Of a stretch of 64,000 bases of DNA, positions 16,643 through 26,018 are shown piece after piece. The notes beneath the pieces were generated by a model. It did no database searches, had not been told where the DNA came from, and saw only the letters and a program-made list of their open reading frames with translations. The stretch covers positions 256,480 to 320,479 of IMG/VR virus record IMGVR_UViG_3300026078_000017. One strand, 5' to 3'. The translations under genes and the position numbers were made by a program. The first letter of the stretch is position 1; every line of letters begins with the position of its first letter.

Positions 16643-17066
16643 CCCACGAGGTCTGACTCATGACTACCTCAGTTGGTACAACAACGCACAGAATGCCTTG
16701 CATCTTGGCAACCCTGACCTTATGTTCCGTCCAACCTTCTGGACTCACCCGATCCCACCCATTTCGCTTGGCATCGCCAACCGACGAGAAAATCTTGAGA
16801 GTGCCGAGAATCTTGGCAAGGTTCCAGTGCCTTGGACACTTGAAAGCAGGCGCACGGGTCAAGTGTAGGTCACTGGTGAGGGATTCCTTCCAGCGTTCGT
16901 CAGGGATTTCGTCAAACCCAACAAAGACCGTCCCAAAGAAGGGCATCCGAATAAGGTGCGTCTTTTCTTTGTTCAGAATTTGAGAGGAATCAAGGTGATC
17001 CTGACATGCCTTAACCCACTCGGGAAGGTCAAAAGGCTTCTCTTCAAGATTTTGTAGAGGACGCAT
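16608..17066 (-). CDS. protein with S4-like RNA-binding motif
   Basis: LAKILGTLKIFSSVGDAKRNGW resembles S4/TyrRS C-terminal helix motif. Confidence 0.6.
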   Translation of the reverse strand: MRPLQNLEEKPFDLPEWVKACQDHLDSSQILNKEKTHLIRMPFFGTVFVGFDEIPDERWKESLTSDLHLTRAPAFKCPRHWNLAKILGTLKIFSSVGDAKRNGWDRVSPEGWTEHKVRVAKMQGILCVVVPTEVVMSQTSWDECDEDSNSTT

Positions 17067-17104
17067 GATTCACCAATCTTAGCATTTAGAGCATGGGTGT
17101 CAAG

Positions 17105-17136
17105 AAAAAAGCCCACCAGTTTTTATCCTGGTGGGC
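17105..17136 (-). terminator. rho-independent terminator
   Basis: GCCCACCAG/CTGGTGGGC plus T6. Confidence 0.85.
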
Positions 17137-17145
17137 CAAAAGGGG

Positions 17146-17310
17146 CTCCTCGTAAAGGACTCGAACCTTCGATAATCGAAACTCTCGGACTCTACAGCTT
17201 CTAGAACACTGCCTTTCAGCACAGAAATTTTCCATTGTTGTACTTCCAACGGATCCAGTCTGACTTACTCGCCGACTCCTACTAGTTTCTCTCACCCACC
17301 ATGACGAGGC
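17146..17310 (-). ncRNA. tRNA-like RNA with large structured insert
   Basis: CCTCGT/ACGAGG acceptor, T arm GAAGG-TTCGAGT-CCTTT, GAAACT/AGTTTC plus three hairpins; own promoter (17346-17319) and terminator. Confidence 0.75.
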
Positions 17311-17342
17311 ATGAAGTTGTTTTAGCTCATTCCTTGGACTTG

Positions 17343-17711
17343 TCAACCACCAACGACAACACATGGAAGCTCGCGAACGCTTTCTCGATGCAGGTAAAAC
17401 CGGCAATAACGTACCGGAAACTTCTGCCTGTAGTTCTTGTGCGACGAGAACGTTTCCACTTCTACCATGAACTTCTCGTCTTGCCAGTTGATGTTCTTCG
17501 TGATAACACGATGCGTACCATAACCATGACCGCAAAGAATATCACCCGCTTCAGCCATACGCCAGGGCGTATATTCGCGCTTCTCGGGACTACGAGTTTG
17601 GTCGAGATATCGACTAGGTCCCGGTCGGACATGCAGCGTTCCCGTCTGCATGTCCATATTCGCCGAGAAGATACTGTGTCCCATTTGAATCTTGAACGTT
17701 TGAGGAGTCAT
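17343..17711 (-). CDS. hypothetical protein
   Basis: 122-aa ORF with promoter. Confidence 0.7.
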   Translation of the reverse strand: MTPQTFKIQMGHSIFSANMDMQTGTLHVRPGPSRYLDQTRSPEKREYTPWRMAEAGDILCGHGYGTHRVITKNINWQDEKFMVEVETFSSHKNYRQKFPVRYCRFYLHRESVRELPCVVVGG

Positions 17712-17741
17712 TTGTCACCACCTGTGTTTTGGTTTTAGCAT

Positions 17742-18437
17742 TTATCTCGTGGTCGTCAATGGATATCTTTCAAGTCGGTGGCGAATGTCCTCACGACCAT
17801 AAGGACGTTCCCGTGGAATCAAGGGATTTACCGTACAGGTGTCATCCTCGATTTCAATCGGCACAAAGGAAATTCGGAAGAACGTCCGTTCGGTTCCCAA
17901 AGGAATGTTGTTTGGACGCCGATGAATCACATAAGGGTCAATGCCATAAATGTGCTCAGCACGCAAGGTGCAAATGTTCGACTCATCTGCCACATCCTGG
18001 AAATACTGGTGGATGTTGTGACGCAGTGGGTCAAAGTCCTCAGGAAGAGTGACTTCCTGGTCAAGCAGTTCTGTGGGATACCTGTTTGTCCAAATGTAGT
18101 TCTGTTCCGGATTGTGGGGAACCCGCATGGAGAAGCCATCCACGTGCCACAGGTCATCCGTAACCGTGTTGATGACACCATGACGAACGGTGACATAAAC
18201 AAAGGGATTGTAGATCTCCTGAGTAAGCTGAACCGTGTTGCAAGCCACGATTGCCGTACGAAGCCACTCCAGTTCTTTCGGAATCTGAAATCCCTCTGAC
18301 CAAGGATTGCGGACCATCATTCGCAGGATCATCTGTGGGCCAGCAGGAAGCTCCAAGTCCAACGTTCGACCAATAAGCACAGCGGGCTGCCCAAAGGTTT
18401 TGCGAGGCGTCAGAAGGTCATGTGCTCGTTCGTACAT
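17742..18437 (-). CDS. 2OG-Fe(II) oxygenase-like protein
   Basis: WHVDG (HxD), distal H in YVIHR, RTFFR. Confidence 0.75.
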   Translation of the reverse strand: MYERAHDLLTPRKTFGQPAVLIGRTLDLELPAGPQMILRMMVRNPWSEGFQIPKELEWLRTAIVACNTVQLTQEIYNPFVYVTVRHGVINTVTDDLWHVDGFSMRVPHNPEQNYIWTNRYPTELLDQEVTLPEDFDPLRHNIHQYFQDVADESNICTLRAEHIYGIDPYVIHRRPNNIPLGTERTFFRISFVPIEIEDDTCTVNPLIPRERPYGREDIRHRLERYPLTTTR

Positions 18438-18473
18438 AAGAAGACTATACCAGATTTTTCTGAGAGGTCAAGG

Positions 18474-18716
18474 TCATTCTGGAAGTACTGGTTTCCATGC
18501 CTGTCGCTGTTTGTAAAAGTCGTATAGAATTACTTTTTCATTGGTAGTGGGTGACCAACACTCATAAACGAAGGCTGCGTCAAAAGGGTCATCCTTACGA
18601 AAATGGGAACAGTATTTCAGGACCAATAAAGACTTAAAGGTTTTCGTGTAAAGATTTACGCCTTTTGCGGTTCTGACCAAAAGCGTTCCTGGAACTTGTG
18701 GTTGTGGCAATTTCAT
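18474..18716 (-). CDS. GD-family paralog
   Basis: QVPGTLL. Confidence 0.7.
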   Translation of the reverse strand: MKLPQPQVPGTLLVRTAKGVNLYTKTFKSLLVLKYCSHFRKDDPFDAAFVYECWSPTTNEKVILYDFYKQRQAWKPVLPE

Positions 18717-18976
18717 GTAGAACTCAAGAGGAAATATTCCTCTTCATAAATCTGAAGCCAGTCCATTGTGCCAACATGTGACTCACATGTTTGTGAGTTT
18801 ACTATGAAAAACAACACAGGGTAACGAATAGGTTTATCTGCTCTTGCTTCCACAGTTTTGCCTTTTTCAAGCACCAAAAACAAATAGTGCTTTCCTGGCA
18901 TAAGAGGGGATTGGAATTTAATCAAGTCTCCAACTTGCCAGTTTTTGTAACAGGCGACTTCTTCACCACTCCTCAT
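18713..18976 (-). CDS. GD-family paralog
   Basis: WQVGDLI. Confidence 0.7.
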   Translation of the reverse strand: MRSGEEVACYKNWQVGDLIKFQSPLMPGKHYLFLVLEKGKTVEARADKPIRYPVLFFIVNSQTCESHVGTMDWLQIYEEEYFLLSST

Positions 18977-19142
18977 TCCGCCATTCCTTCTTGTGTTCCT
19001 TGCGGTCACGCTTGTCAGCATGAACACCGCCACCCGAACGGTGAATGGCACTCAGGGCAATGTCAGAACGCACACCCTGGAAAATCTCCACGGTGGTCGG
19101 AAGGCTGTTGTTCTTCTTGCGCTTGTTCTTCTTGCTTGCCAT
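18963..19142 (-). CDS. small basic protein (59 aa, not in ORF track)
   Basis: MASKKNKRKK...GGGVHADKRDRKEHKKEW; follows promoter. Confidence 0.8.
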   Translation of the reverse strand: MASKKNKRKKNNSLPTTVEIFQGVRSDIALSAIHRSGGGVHADKRDRKEHKKEWRNEEW

Positions 19143-19179
19143 GATGACCAGAGTCTATCAGAGATTATTCTGGAGTCAA

Positions 19180-19554
19180 CTAAATATCGTTGTCTGGTAG
19201 GTTTTTGGTCATTGCTCCATAACACCAGGAGGAAGTAATCCTGTACTTCTCGTTACTTCCAACACTTAGAACAAGAGCACCAAACTCACAATTGTCCTTA
19301 AAATACTCAAGGACAAGGTAAGTCTGTCCAGTAAGGGCAGTCTCAGAGTTAACCCATCCCTCACAAGCAATAAATGCAGCGTCAGTAAGTGGATGAGCCT
19401 TTTCCAGGTCTTTGGGATCAGGAGCAACAAGACGCCAGTGTTCCTTAGTTGATACCATCAGCGTGCCAACAGGAAAGCTCTTAGCAAATGCCTGTGCAGT
19501 CAAGCTTCCATAGAGGTCGGTTATGCCTAGAAAAATGTCACTCATGATGCTCAT
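19180..19554 (-). CDS. GD-family paralog
   Basis: FPVGTLM. Confidence 0.7.
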   Translation of the reverse strand: MSIMSDIFLGITDLYGSLTAQAFAKSFPVGTLMVSTKEHWRLVAPDPKDLEKAHPLTDAAFIACEGWVNSETALTGQTYLVLEYFKDNCEFGALVLSVGSNEKYRITSSWCYGAMTKNLPDNDI

Positions 19555-19843
19555 ATGGTTTTCTAAAGTGTAGCATAAGTTGCGACCAATACAACCACAC
19601 AACCTTATTTTCCGTCAGGTTCCAAACCTTAAGACCCTGATAATTTACCAGCTTAGGTCCTTGTTGAACCGAAAAATAACCAAGAACCATGAGTTGATCA
19701 CCTGAATTTCCAGAATACCCTTTCTCATGACCATCAGTGGCAGTGTTTTGGGGTTTATTCAACCCTACAACATATCCGAATTCGGCTTGCAAAAGCGTGC
19801 CGACCGGGTATCCTTCTCTCAAAATCAACATGCGATCTTTCAT
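19538..19843 (-). CDS. GD-family paralog
   Basis: YPVGTLL. Confidence 0.75.
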   Translation of the reverse strand: MKDRMLILREGYPVGTLLQAEFGYVVGLNKPQNTATDGHEKGYSGNSGDQLMVLGYFSVQQGPKLVNYQGLKVWNLTENKVVWLYWSQLMLHFRKPYEHHE

Positions 19844-20118
19844 AAAGTACTTGACACAACCTCAATTTTACTTACACCACTGTTCGTGTAGGCATTTTGA
19901 CTATTGCCAGGCCAAAATTTGATTAACTTAAAGTTGTCCTTCGCCAAGAGTCTAAACTCCAAAAATTGATTTTCAGGCCAAAGAAAAAATCCCTTGTTTG
20001 TCACTATAGCCCGATGTACACCACCTAAATCTGTGTTTGAGATATAAAGAAATCGAGGCGAAATCGTAACTTCAATCAAGTCACCAATTTGGATGTTTTC
20101 GATGTTGATACCGCTCAT
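19840..20118 (-). CDS. GD-family paralog
   Basis: IQIGDLI. Confidence 0.75.
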   Translation of the reverse strand: MSGINIENIQIGDLIEVTISPRFLYISNTDLGGVHRAIVTNKGFFLWPENQFLEFRLLAKDNFKLIKFWPGNSQNAYTNSGVSKIEVVSSTL

Positions 20119-20399
20119 AAAATGATTGGTAGCCTTACCCAATCCCCACCTGGATAAGCCTCACCACCCTCACAAAGATAAAGTTGATTGTTCTTGGGAT
20201 TTATTTCCACAGTATCTTGTATCTTTTCCAAGTTCCTAAGATTTAGGTAAGTGATCGTAACCTGTCCAAAGTGCTCTTCGATGTCAATTACCAACAAAGC
20301 AGTTTTTTGTTGACGACCGCCTTTGATTATGGAAAATCCCTCCTTGGGATAAATCAAGTCACCAATTGCTAAATTCTCGGGCATCATAAAGTTTACCAC
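20115..20399 (-). CDS. GD-family paralog
   Basis: LAIGDLI. Confidence 0.75.
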   Translation of the reverse strand: MVNFMMPENLAIGDLIYPKEGFSIIKGGRQQKTALLVIDIEEHFGQVTITYLNLRNLEKIQDTVEINPKNNQLYLCEGGEAYPGGDWVRLPIIL

Positions 20400-20537
20400 G
20401 CAAAAAAAGAGCTGTCAAACACGTTGACGCTCTTAGTAAAATGTGGCACACTATAGTTAAATGTATGTTGTGGTATGGTTGGGTAGCTTTAGGATATTTG
20501 ACCTTGGTCTTTGTCAGCTACTCTTGGTTGATTCTCA

Positions 20538-20783
20538 CTAAGGCTGGTCAGAGTCTTCTCCATCAGTCGAAATAACCATCCAACCCTGTAAAATAACATC
20601 AAGTCTCTGAGAGTTTTCAAACTTCTCATTGGTGTTTAGATCAAGCCAAGTCATGGACTTATACAGTCCACTTGACTCGTCAAGTTCACAATTGGAGATT
20701 TTCAACAACATATAACAGCCACTAGTAGCGTTTTTAAGAACGTCTCCAACATGAAGATCTGAAAATGTTGTTGCTTGTTTCAT
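20538..20783 (-). CDS. GD-family paralog
   Basis: LHVGDVL. Confidence 0.75.
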   Translation of the reverse strand: MKQATTFSDLHVGDVLKNATSGCYMLLKISNCELDESSGLYKSMTWLDLNTNEKFENSQRLDVILQGWMVISTDGEDSDQP

Positions 20784-21010
20784 TCTGGTGACTCAACGGT
20801 AAAGTTGTCCCAAAGCTCTTCATCACCAATCCAAGATGCTTTCATGGTTGTTATGTGTTTTAGAGACAGAACCCTAAAGAGATAATAGTGCTGATACTCA
20901 GGTGTGGTAAAAGGTTCTTTACTTAAGATCAACCAAAAGCTTTTATCATGCTTGTTTGTAATCAAGTCACCAGCTTCAAGATCGCCAAATTTCTCTTTAC
21001 GTTTGGTCAC
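20780..21010 (-). CDS. GD-family paralog
   Basis: LEAGDLI. Confidence 0.75.
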   Translation of the reverse strand: MTKRKEKFGDLEAGDLITNKHDKSFWLILSKEPFTTPEYQHYYLFRVLSLKHITTMKASWIGDEELWDNFTVESPE

Positions 21011-21305
21011 TAGATTTGACCTTGTGCAACCTGCAATGAGTTAAGACCTCTGAGCGTCCATCACCGAACAAACCAGAAATGTGGTTGTTTTCCATTTCAA
21101 GAATTTTTACATACCAGGTATTTTGCAGTCGCTCTTTTACTTCCAAGACCATCCAGAAAATAGAGAAGTTTAAGCCAGTTTCCTGACTTATCCTAAGCAG
21201 TTCCAGAATATCCCCAGGTTCCAGATCCTGGAAATAAACGGGTGGTGGAAGGCGGCTATCGACAGAAGACATAGTGATATTCACTCGGGCAAAAGAAAAC
21301 TCCAC
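20997..21305 (-). CDS. GD-family paralog
   Basis: LEPGDIL. Confidence 0.7.
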   Translation of the reverse strand: MEFSFARVNITMSSVDSRLPPPVYFQDLEPGDILELLRISQETGLNFSIFWMVLEVKERLQNTWYVKILEMENNHISGLFGDGRSEVLTHCRLHKVKSSDQT

Positions 21306-21508
21306 ATGCTCTGATATCCCTCAGACTCAAATGCAGAGCTGTGTGTATCACACAGACTATTTAGATGCCAAGTCTTGTAGTGATGAAAATAGGGTCGTGA
21401 ACTTTCATACTTCAAGATCAATTCATATGGTTTATCACCATAGAAAAGTAAAGTCCCTGGTGGCAATGGCGACTTAGGAAAAACGTGAGATGGCTTTTTC
21501 ACGGCCAT
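21281..21508 (-). CDS. GD-family paralog
   Basis: LPPGTLL. Confidence 0.7.
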   Translation of the reverse strand: MAVKKPSHVFPKSPLPPGTLLFYGDKPYELILKYESSRPYFHHYKTWHLNSLCDTHSSAFESEGYQSMWSFLLPE

Positions 21509-21903
21509 TCGGGGAGGGTAGGGTCCTCCTGGAAGGAAGCACGCATCTGTGCAACCTTGTCGTCAGGAACACCATGCGTGTTCTGAAATTGAGTCTTGAG
21601 ACACTTCTGGAAAACCGTGTAACCTGCCTTCTTGGCAAGGTCAACGTATTCCTTGTAGTGTTTGCGGATCAGGTTCGTGTTGTCCACGACGATCAGGTCA
21701 TCACCACGAGCAAGAGCCTGCTCGAAAGCATAACGACACGACCCATGTGCCTTGCCCAAGAGAGCAGAATCGAACTGGTAGGTTCCTGAGCGTTCGAAAT
21801 ACAGGTCAGCGGAACACACGGTAGCCTGAGGAACGTGCGTCTTGATCCAGGTGGATTTACCCGAGCCACTCGCCGCACGCATGAGAATAACTTGCTTAGT
21901 CAT
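21499..21903 (-). CDS. P-loop polynucleotide kinase (AAA_33/N4BP2-like)
   Basis: Walker A ASGSGKST, CSAD, VDNTN, HGVP. Confidence 0.85.
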   Translation of the reverse strand: MTKQVILMRAASGSGKSTWIKTHVPQATVCSADLYFERSGTYQFDSALLGKAHGSCRYAFEQALARGDDLIVVDNTNLIRKHYKEYVDLAKKAGYTVFQKCLKTQFQNTHGVPDDKVAQMRASFQEDPTLPEWP

Positions 21904-21952
21904 CTGGTTATTGTACCTTGCTTTCTATGATTGTCAAGGTATAGTTACTCCT

Positions 21953-22103
21953 ATGGCAACGATCGGTTCACAACCGAAATCTCAGAGCTTTTATTAGCGA
22001 CCAAGAGATTGCTCTCAAGCTTGTCAGTGCTGGTGAAGCAACGCCTGAGCAGGTTTTCTTGGCTTTGAAGGCTGCCAAGGTACTTGACGGCGAAAGTCCT
22101 TAG
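21953..22103 (+). pseudogene. small gene with a 1-nt frameshift
   Basis: leaderless ATG; span 151 nt; second frame VHNRNLRAFISDQEIALKLVSAGEATPEQVFLALKAAKVLDGESP has no start codon. Confidence 0.5.
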
Positions 22104-22120
22104 TGATATAGTCACTCGTT

Positions 22121-22393
22121 ATGATTCTGGATCTTGTTCCTGGGGACTTTTTGTCAAACAATGATAAACCAAACTATACCAAGTTTTTGGTATTGGCGCC
22201 AATTCAATTGTTTTTTGTCCATACAACAGGGTTTTGGTCATCCTCAGGAAAGACAATTGACTTAATGGAGTTTCGTCACGAATATGGTAAAGTTTTGATA
22301 GGGAGATGTACCAGGCACTTGGCTTTGTATCCAGGAATGAAGATCTACCGTGATGGCGAAGTGCTGGACCCATTTAACTCTTCTGGTTCATGA
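22121..22393 (+). CDS. GD-family paralog, RDG subfamily
   Basis: LVPGDFL...YRDGEVL. Confidence 0.7.
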   Translation: MILDLVPGDFLSNNDKPNYTKFLVLAPIQLFFVHTTGFWSSSGKTIDLMEFRHEYGKVLIGRCTRHLALYPGMKIYRDGEVLDPFNSSGS

Positions 22394-22418
22394 AGCAACT
22401 TACAATGCCTCGTGGCAG

Positions 22419-22727
22419 TCATTCGGGCTCTGACACAATCTCGCATGTCTGCCAGAATGCTCGATTCAAAAGCCACACGTTGATGCCAAGGCGGCAGGAA
22501 TAGAGTTTCCAGGTTGCCCCTCGTGTTGGATGAGCCGTTAGCAGGACGAACATGTCATCCGGTCGCGTTTGAATATTGAACTGATAACCCTGCTTCAAGG
22601 GTGCAATGGTGACCGGATCATGATCTGCACAAGAGTACAGATTCAAAAGTCGGGTGCCAAGTCGGGAAGGAGTTGCCTTAGTTCCCCACTTAACCAAAGT
22701 TCCAGGCTTGAGAGTTTTCGGGTCCAC
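22419..22727 (-). CDS. GD-family paralog
   Basis: LKPGTLV; AGGAGG RBS. Confidence 0.75.
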   Translation of the reverse strand: MDPKTLKPGTLVKWGTKATPSRLGTRLLNLYSCADHDPVTIAPLKQGYQFNIQTRPDDMFVLLTAHPTRGATWKLYSCRLGINVWLLNRAFWQTCEIVSEPE

Positions 22728-22971
22728 ACGTACCTCCTACCACCTTCTACGTCAGGAGTCAATCATTTTCTGCAAAGGCAAAAAACACCACAAGCTGAAT
22801 CAAAGCCCAATGGCACAAAAAACTAACAAGAGTGAGAGGGTAGGGTACCAGGAACCCAATAAAGACCGTAATTAATACCGTTAGTTGCAGAAACGTTTCC
22901 AGGGGGAGTCCAATAACTTTCATGAGATAAGTCTAGCACATTCTTTGATGGAGTGCTAGACTTATCTTGTA

Positions 22972-23298
22972 ATGCAACGAGAAGACTATGTTGGACTGTT
23001 AAGGATGGGATGTCACACAACCCAAACATCCCGTCAGTGGTTTTTGCCTGACGTTGGCGATTTGTTTTTTACATTTTCTAGAAGTGGCGCAGAAGCACGT
23101 CGTGTTCTTGTAACAAAAAAGCCCGTGTTGGTTGATCAACACGAGTCAACCGCTTTCTCTTTGTGGAAACTGGAGGGTCTTGGACTTTTTTCTCTTGACT
23201 CTCCAGAGAAGGTCGGGATTGTGTCAGAGTGGATGTTCAACCTAGGTTCGTTCGATAGTTCTGGACATTACCACTATTATATCACTCGTCACCCGTGA
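22972..23298 (+). CDS. GD-family paralog
   Basis: PDVGDLF; start uncertain. Confidence 0.65.
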   Translation: MQREDYVGLLRMGCHTTQTSRQWFLPDVGDLFFTFSRSGAEARRVLVTKKPVLVDQHESTAFSLWKLEGLGLFSLDSPEKVGIVSEWMFNLGSFDSSGHYHYYITRHP

Positions 23299-23626
23299 CA
23301 GCTTCCACCAGTAATTCGTCATCAACACACATCCACACAATTTGGTTGGTCTTAACCACAAGGACCTTTACCCACGTCCACAAAGTGGCAGAGCCATTCA
23401 ATGGCTCGTGATCAAGAACCAAAATATGATTTCCGGCCTTTAAGCCTCTAGTCATGGCACCATCTATGTTGCCAAATTTGTACATTGATTTCTTAAGCTC
23501 TGTGTCTTCAACAACCCACAGGTGTCCAACAGATAGAAACATGTTTCCAACAGGAAACAGCTTCTGTGCCTTTTCTTTATTTTCGATCAGCATTATTCCA
23601 CATCCAATGTAGCAACCAACTGCCAC
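23282..23626 (-). CDS. GD-family paralog
   Basis: FPVGNMF; start probably 23593. Confidence 0.7.
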   Translation of the reverse strand: MAVGCYIGCGIMLIENKEKAQKLFPVGNMFLSVGHLWVVEDTELKKSMYKFGNIDGAMTRGLKAGNHILVLDHEPLNGSATLWTWVKVLVVKTNQIVWMCVDDELLVEAVTGDE

Positions 23627-24000
23627 CGTCCATGGCTATTCCAGTAACCATCGAAAATGTTGTTGTGATTGACACTTTCGTCAAACTTTCTGTGAGTGAC
23701 CATGTCAATGAAGTCAAAGGACGTATACATGCCATCACCAACATGAGCCTTGATGAACATGCAGTTGTTGCCAGAGGGTTGGCCTAGATGATTCAACTTG
23801 ACATACAAGTTGCCGTAAAGGGAATCAAAATAGGCTTGACGAACCTGCTTAGTGAACTGTGGCTTAAGGGAAACGATATTGTTGGCAATCTGCGCCTGAT
23901 AAGCGAGATTTTGTTCATACCACTCAAGAGGAACAAGAGAGTTGCCGGGTTTGTTTCTACGACGATTCTTACGTCGCCAAGCTTTGTATGCCTTGCTCAT
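23593..24000 (-). CDS. hypothetical protein, basic N-terminus
   Basis: 135-aa ORF, translational coupling. Confidence 0.7.
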   Translation of the reverse strand: MSKAYKAWRRKNRRRNKPGNSLVPLEWYEQNLAYQAQIANNIVSLKPQFTKQVRQAYFDSLYGNLYVKLNHLGQPSGNNCMFIKAHVGDGMYTSFDFIDMVTHRKFDESVNHNNIFDGYWNSHGRWQLVATLDVE

Positions 24001-24383
24001 TGGTCTTCTTGGATCTTAGCATTTGTTTCTGGAATTGCAACATTCTTTTCCAGAGGCCAAATCAGTCGTTCCATGTCAGACTGACACAACCAAACTGTGA
24101 TTCCAAGTCTCAATGAGATAAAAGCAAAAAGTCTTGTCTTAAGGCGACTTCTGAGAGGCTTTTTGAAATCTGTCTCATGTGGACTAATCACTCGGAACGA
24201 GTGAACGTTTCCAAGGAAGATCAAAGTATCACTTGTTTCAAGTCTGATTTCGGACTTACGAGTACCAAAATGGGATGTAGCAACCTTTTTGGAAAAATCA
24301 ACACTTGTGGCAGCAAAGATCCAACCCAAATTGGTGGATTTGAGGGCATATAGCTCGCCGATGATAAGGTGTTTAGGTAGCAC
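23997..24383 (-). CDS. GD-family paralog
   Basis: LIIGELY. Confidence 0.7.
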   Translation of the reverse strand: MLPKHLIIGELYALKSTNLGWIFAATSVDFSKKVATSHFGTRKSEIRLETSDTLIFLGNVHSFRVISPHETDFKKPLRSRLKTRLFAFISLRLGITVWLCQSDMERLIWPLEKNVAIPETNAKIQEDQ

Positions 24384-24630
24384 TTTGCACCCATTCCAAG
24401 CATCCCATCACGATAAACTCCTTGTCAACAAAAACAATTCGTTGGGTCAAGGGCAGGAAGAATTTCACATACCTGCGGGTTTTCTTTTCAGGACGCATGT
24501 CGACATGAACCATAAAGGTGTTAGTTGCCCAATATCCTTGTTCGGTCCCATGATAGGTAAACTGAACCCAACAACTACGATCCTTCTTGATTCTGTAGAG
24601 TCTCCCCAGTTTCAAGCTTTCCAGTTTCAT
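24373..24630 (-). CDS. GD-family paralog
   Basis: LKLGRLY. Confidence 0.7.
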   Translation of the reverse strand: MKLESLKLGRLYRIKKDRSCWVQFTYHGTEQGYWATNTFMVHVDMRPEKKTRRYVKFFLPLTQRIVFVDKEFIVMGCLEWVQSAT

Positions 24631-24632
24631 TG

Positions 24633-24965
24633 TTATTCTTCAACCCGAGTCATCTGCGTGCCGAAGAGATAGGTTGGCACATAAACCTTCTTTTGTAGAC
24701 GCAAACAAAACATCAAGCAAAACTCACGCCCAAACTTGAACTTTCTGTTATCCACATACAACAGAAAGTCACCCTTCAAAATCGCTGAGTCATAACTGTT
24801 GATGTTGATGACACCTTCCACATATTTCATGTAGTATTCGTCTTTGAGACCAAATCTTGAGCTGTTGATTTCTCCAATCACATGGAACATTTCTCCATAC
24901 TTCGGATATTCTTCCACGGGCATGCTTTGAAGAGCCAATTTCCTTAGCTGGTACTTGGTTGCCAT
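24633..24965 (-). CDS. GD-family paralog
   Basis: PKYGEMF / ILKGDFL. Confidence 0.7.
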   Translation of the reverse strand: MATKYQLRKLALQSMPVEEYPKYGEMFHVIGEINSSRFGLKDEYYMKYVEGVININSYDSAILKGDFLLYVDNRKFKFGREFCLMFCLRLQKKVYVPTYLFGTQMTRVEE

Positions 24966-24993
24966 GTCGGTCTGGACATGATATCATACAAGA

Positions 24994-25332
24994 ATGACCA
25001 AGACAACCTCGTGGAATCTTTTTCTTGATGATCTTCGAATTCCACCTGAAATGCATCAACCTTCTCTTGAAAATCCGGCTTTTTGGACCCTTGCGCAGTC
25101 CTCACAAGAAGCTATGGATCTGGTTCGGGAAAAGGGCATGCCAGCATTTATGAGTCTTGATCATGACCTCGGAGGTGATGATAAGTCTATGGTCTTCCTA
25201 AATTGGCTGGCTTATGAGTACTGGAATGGAGAAGACAACATTCCGCTTTATGTAGTTCACAGTGCAAATCCCGTAGGTGCCGAGAACATTGAGTCATTTA
25301 TGTTGTCTTGGGTTAGGAGCATGGAATTGTGA
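24994..25332 (+). CDS. cyclic-phosphate-processing receiver-domain protein
   Basis: LFLDDLRIP, SLDHDLG, VHSANPVG. Confidence 0.85.
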   Translation: MTKTTSWNLFLDDLRIPPEMHQPSLENPAFWTLAQSSQEAMDLVREKGMPAFMSLDHDLGGDDKSMVFLNWLAYEYWNGEDNIPLYVVHSANPVGAENIESFMLSWVRSMEL

Positions 25333-25574
25333 AGATTGGTGGACACAGAACCAGCAATAATTGGGACTGTATTGAAGTTGATGTTGGGGATGTTTTTTTG
25401 GCACAACGAGAGGATGGTCAAGAAATGTTCATGGTTCTGAGTATCAACGTTGGCTACATGCACCAGCCAGACATAATCGAATGCCTTAACTTAACTCAGA
25501 ATGTCAAACGCAGATATACGTTTAATCATTGGTACAACCCTAAGATGGTCTGCAAACTTAATGGAGAAAAATGA
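25329..25574 (+). CDS. GD-family paralog
   Basis: VDVGDVF. Confidence 0.75.
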   Translation: MKIGGHRTSNNWDCIEVDVGDVFLAQREDGQEMFMVLSINVGYMHQPDIIECLNLTQNVKRRYTFNHWYNPKMVCKLNGEK

Positions 25575-25867
25575 GCTTATTTGGTGACCTTGTTCCGGTT
25601 CTGTCGGTTGGTGACATGATCACGCATCGCAAGGATGATGCGAAGTACGGTCGCCTGTATTTGATTTTGGGACCTGGCAAACACGTCCGGAACACATTTG
25701 TTTCGAGATATCACCAGAGGTTTGAATATCCAGTTTATCGATACTTGGTATGGGATATTACCAAGGGCAGAATCCACGATGCAGAAGTTGCACCAAACTC
25801 AAACTGGTCCGTCTTTGCAATGTTTAAGGAAAGTGCTACAGTGCTACATCATGTGGAAAACGATTAA
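25571..25867 (+). CDS. GD-family paralog
   Basis: LSVGDMI. Confidence 0.75.
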   Translation: MSLFGDLVPVLSVGDMITHRKDDAKYGRLYLILGPGKHVRNTFVSRYHQRFEYPVYRYLVWDITKGRIHDAEVAPNSNWSVFAMFKESATVLHHVEND

Positions 25868-26018
25868 CATCTATATCCGTGCCGGGTTCATTTCTCTTGG
25901 CCTTGGATTGGTCTTGGTACTTTTGCTGCCAGTGTTTGCCTTGTTGGTGATTGGGGATTATCTCTACCCAAGCAAGGACCCTCGCAAGGACTTTTATGAC
26001 AACGAAGAAGAAGGTTAA
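25851..26018 (+). CDS. small membrane protein
   Basis: one long hydrophobic segment. Confidence 0.6.
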   Translation: MWKTINIYIRAGFISLGLGLVLVLLLPVFALLVIGDYLYPSKDPRKDFYDNEEEG

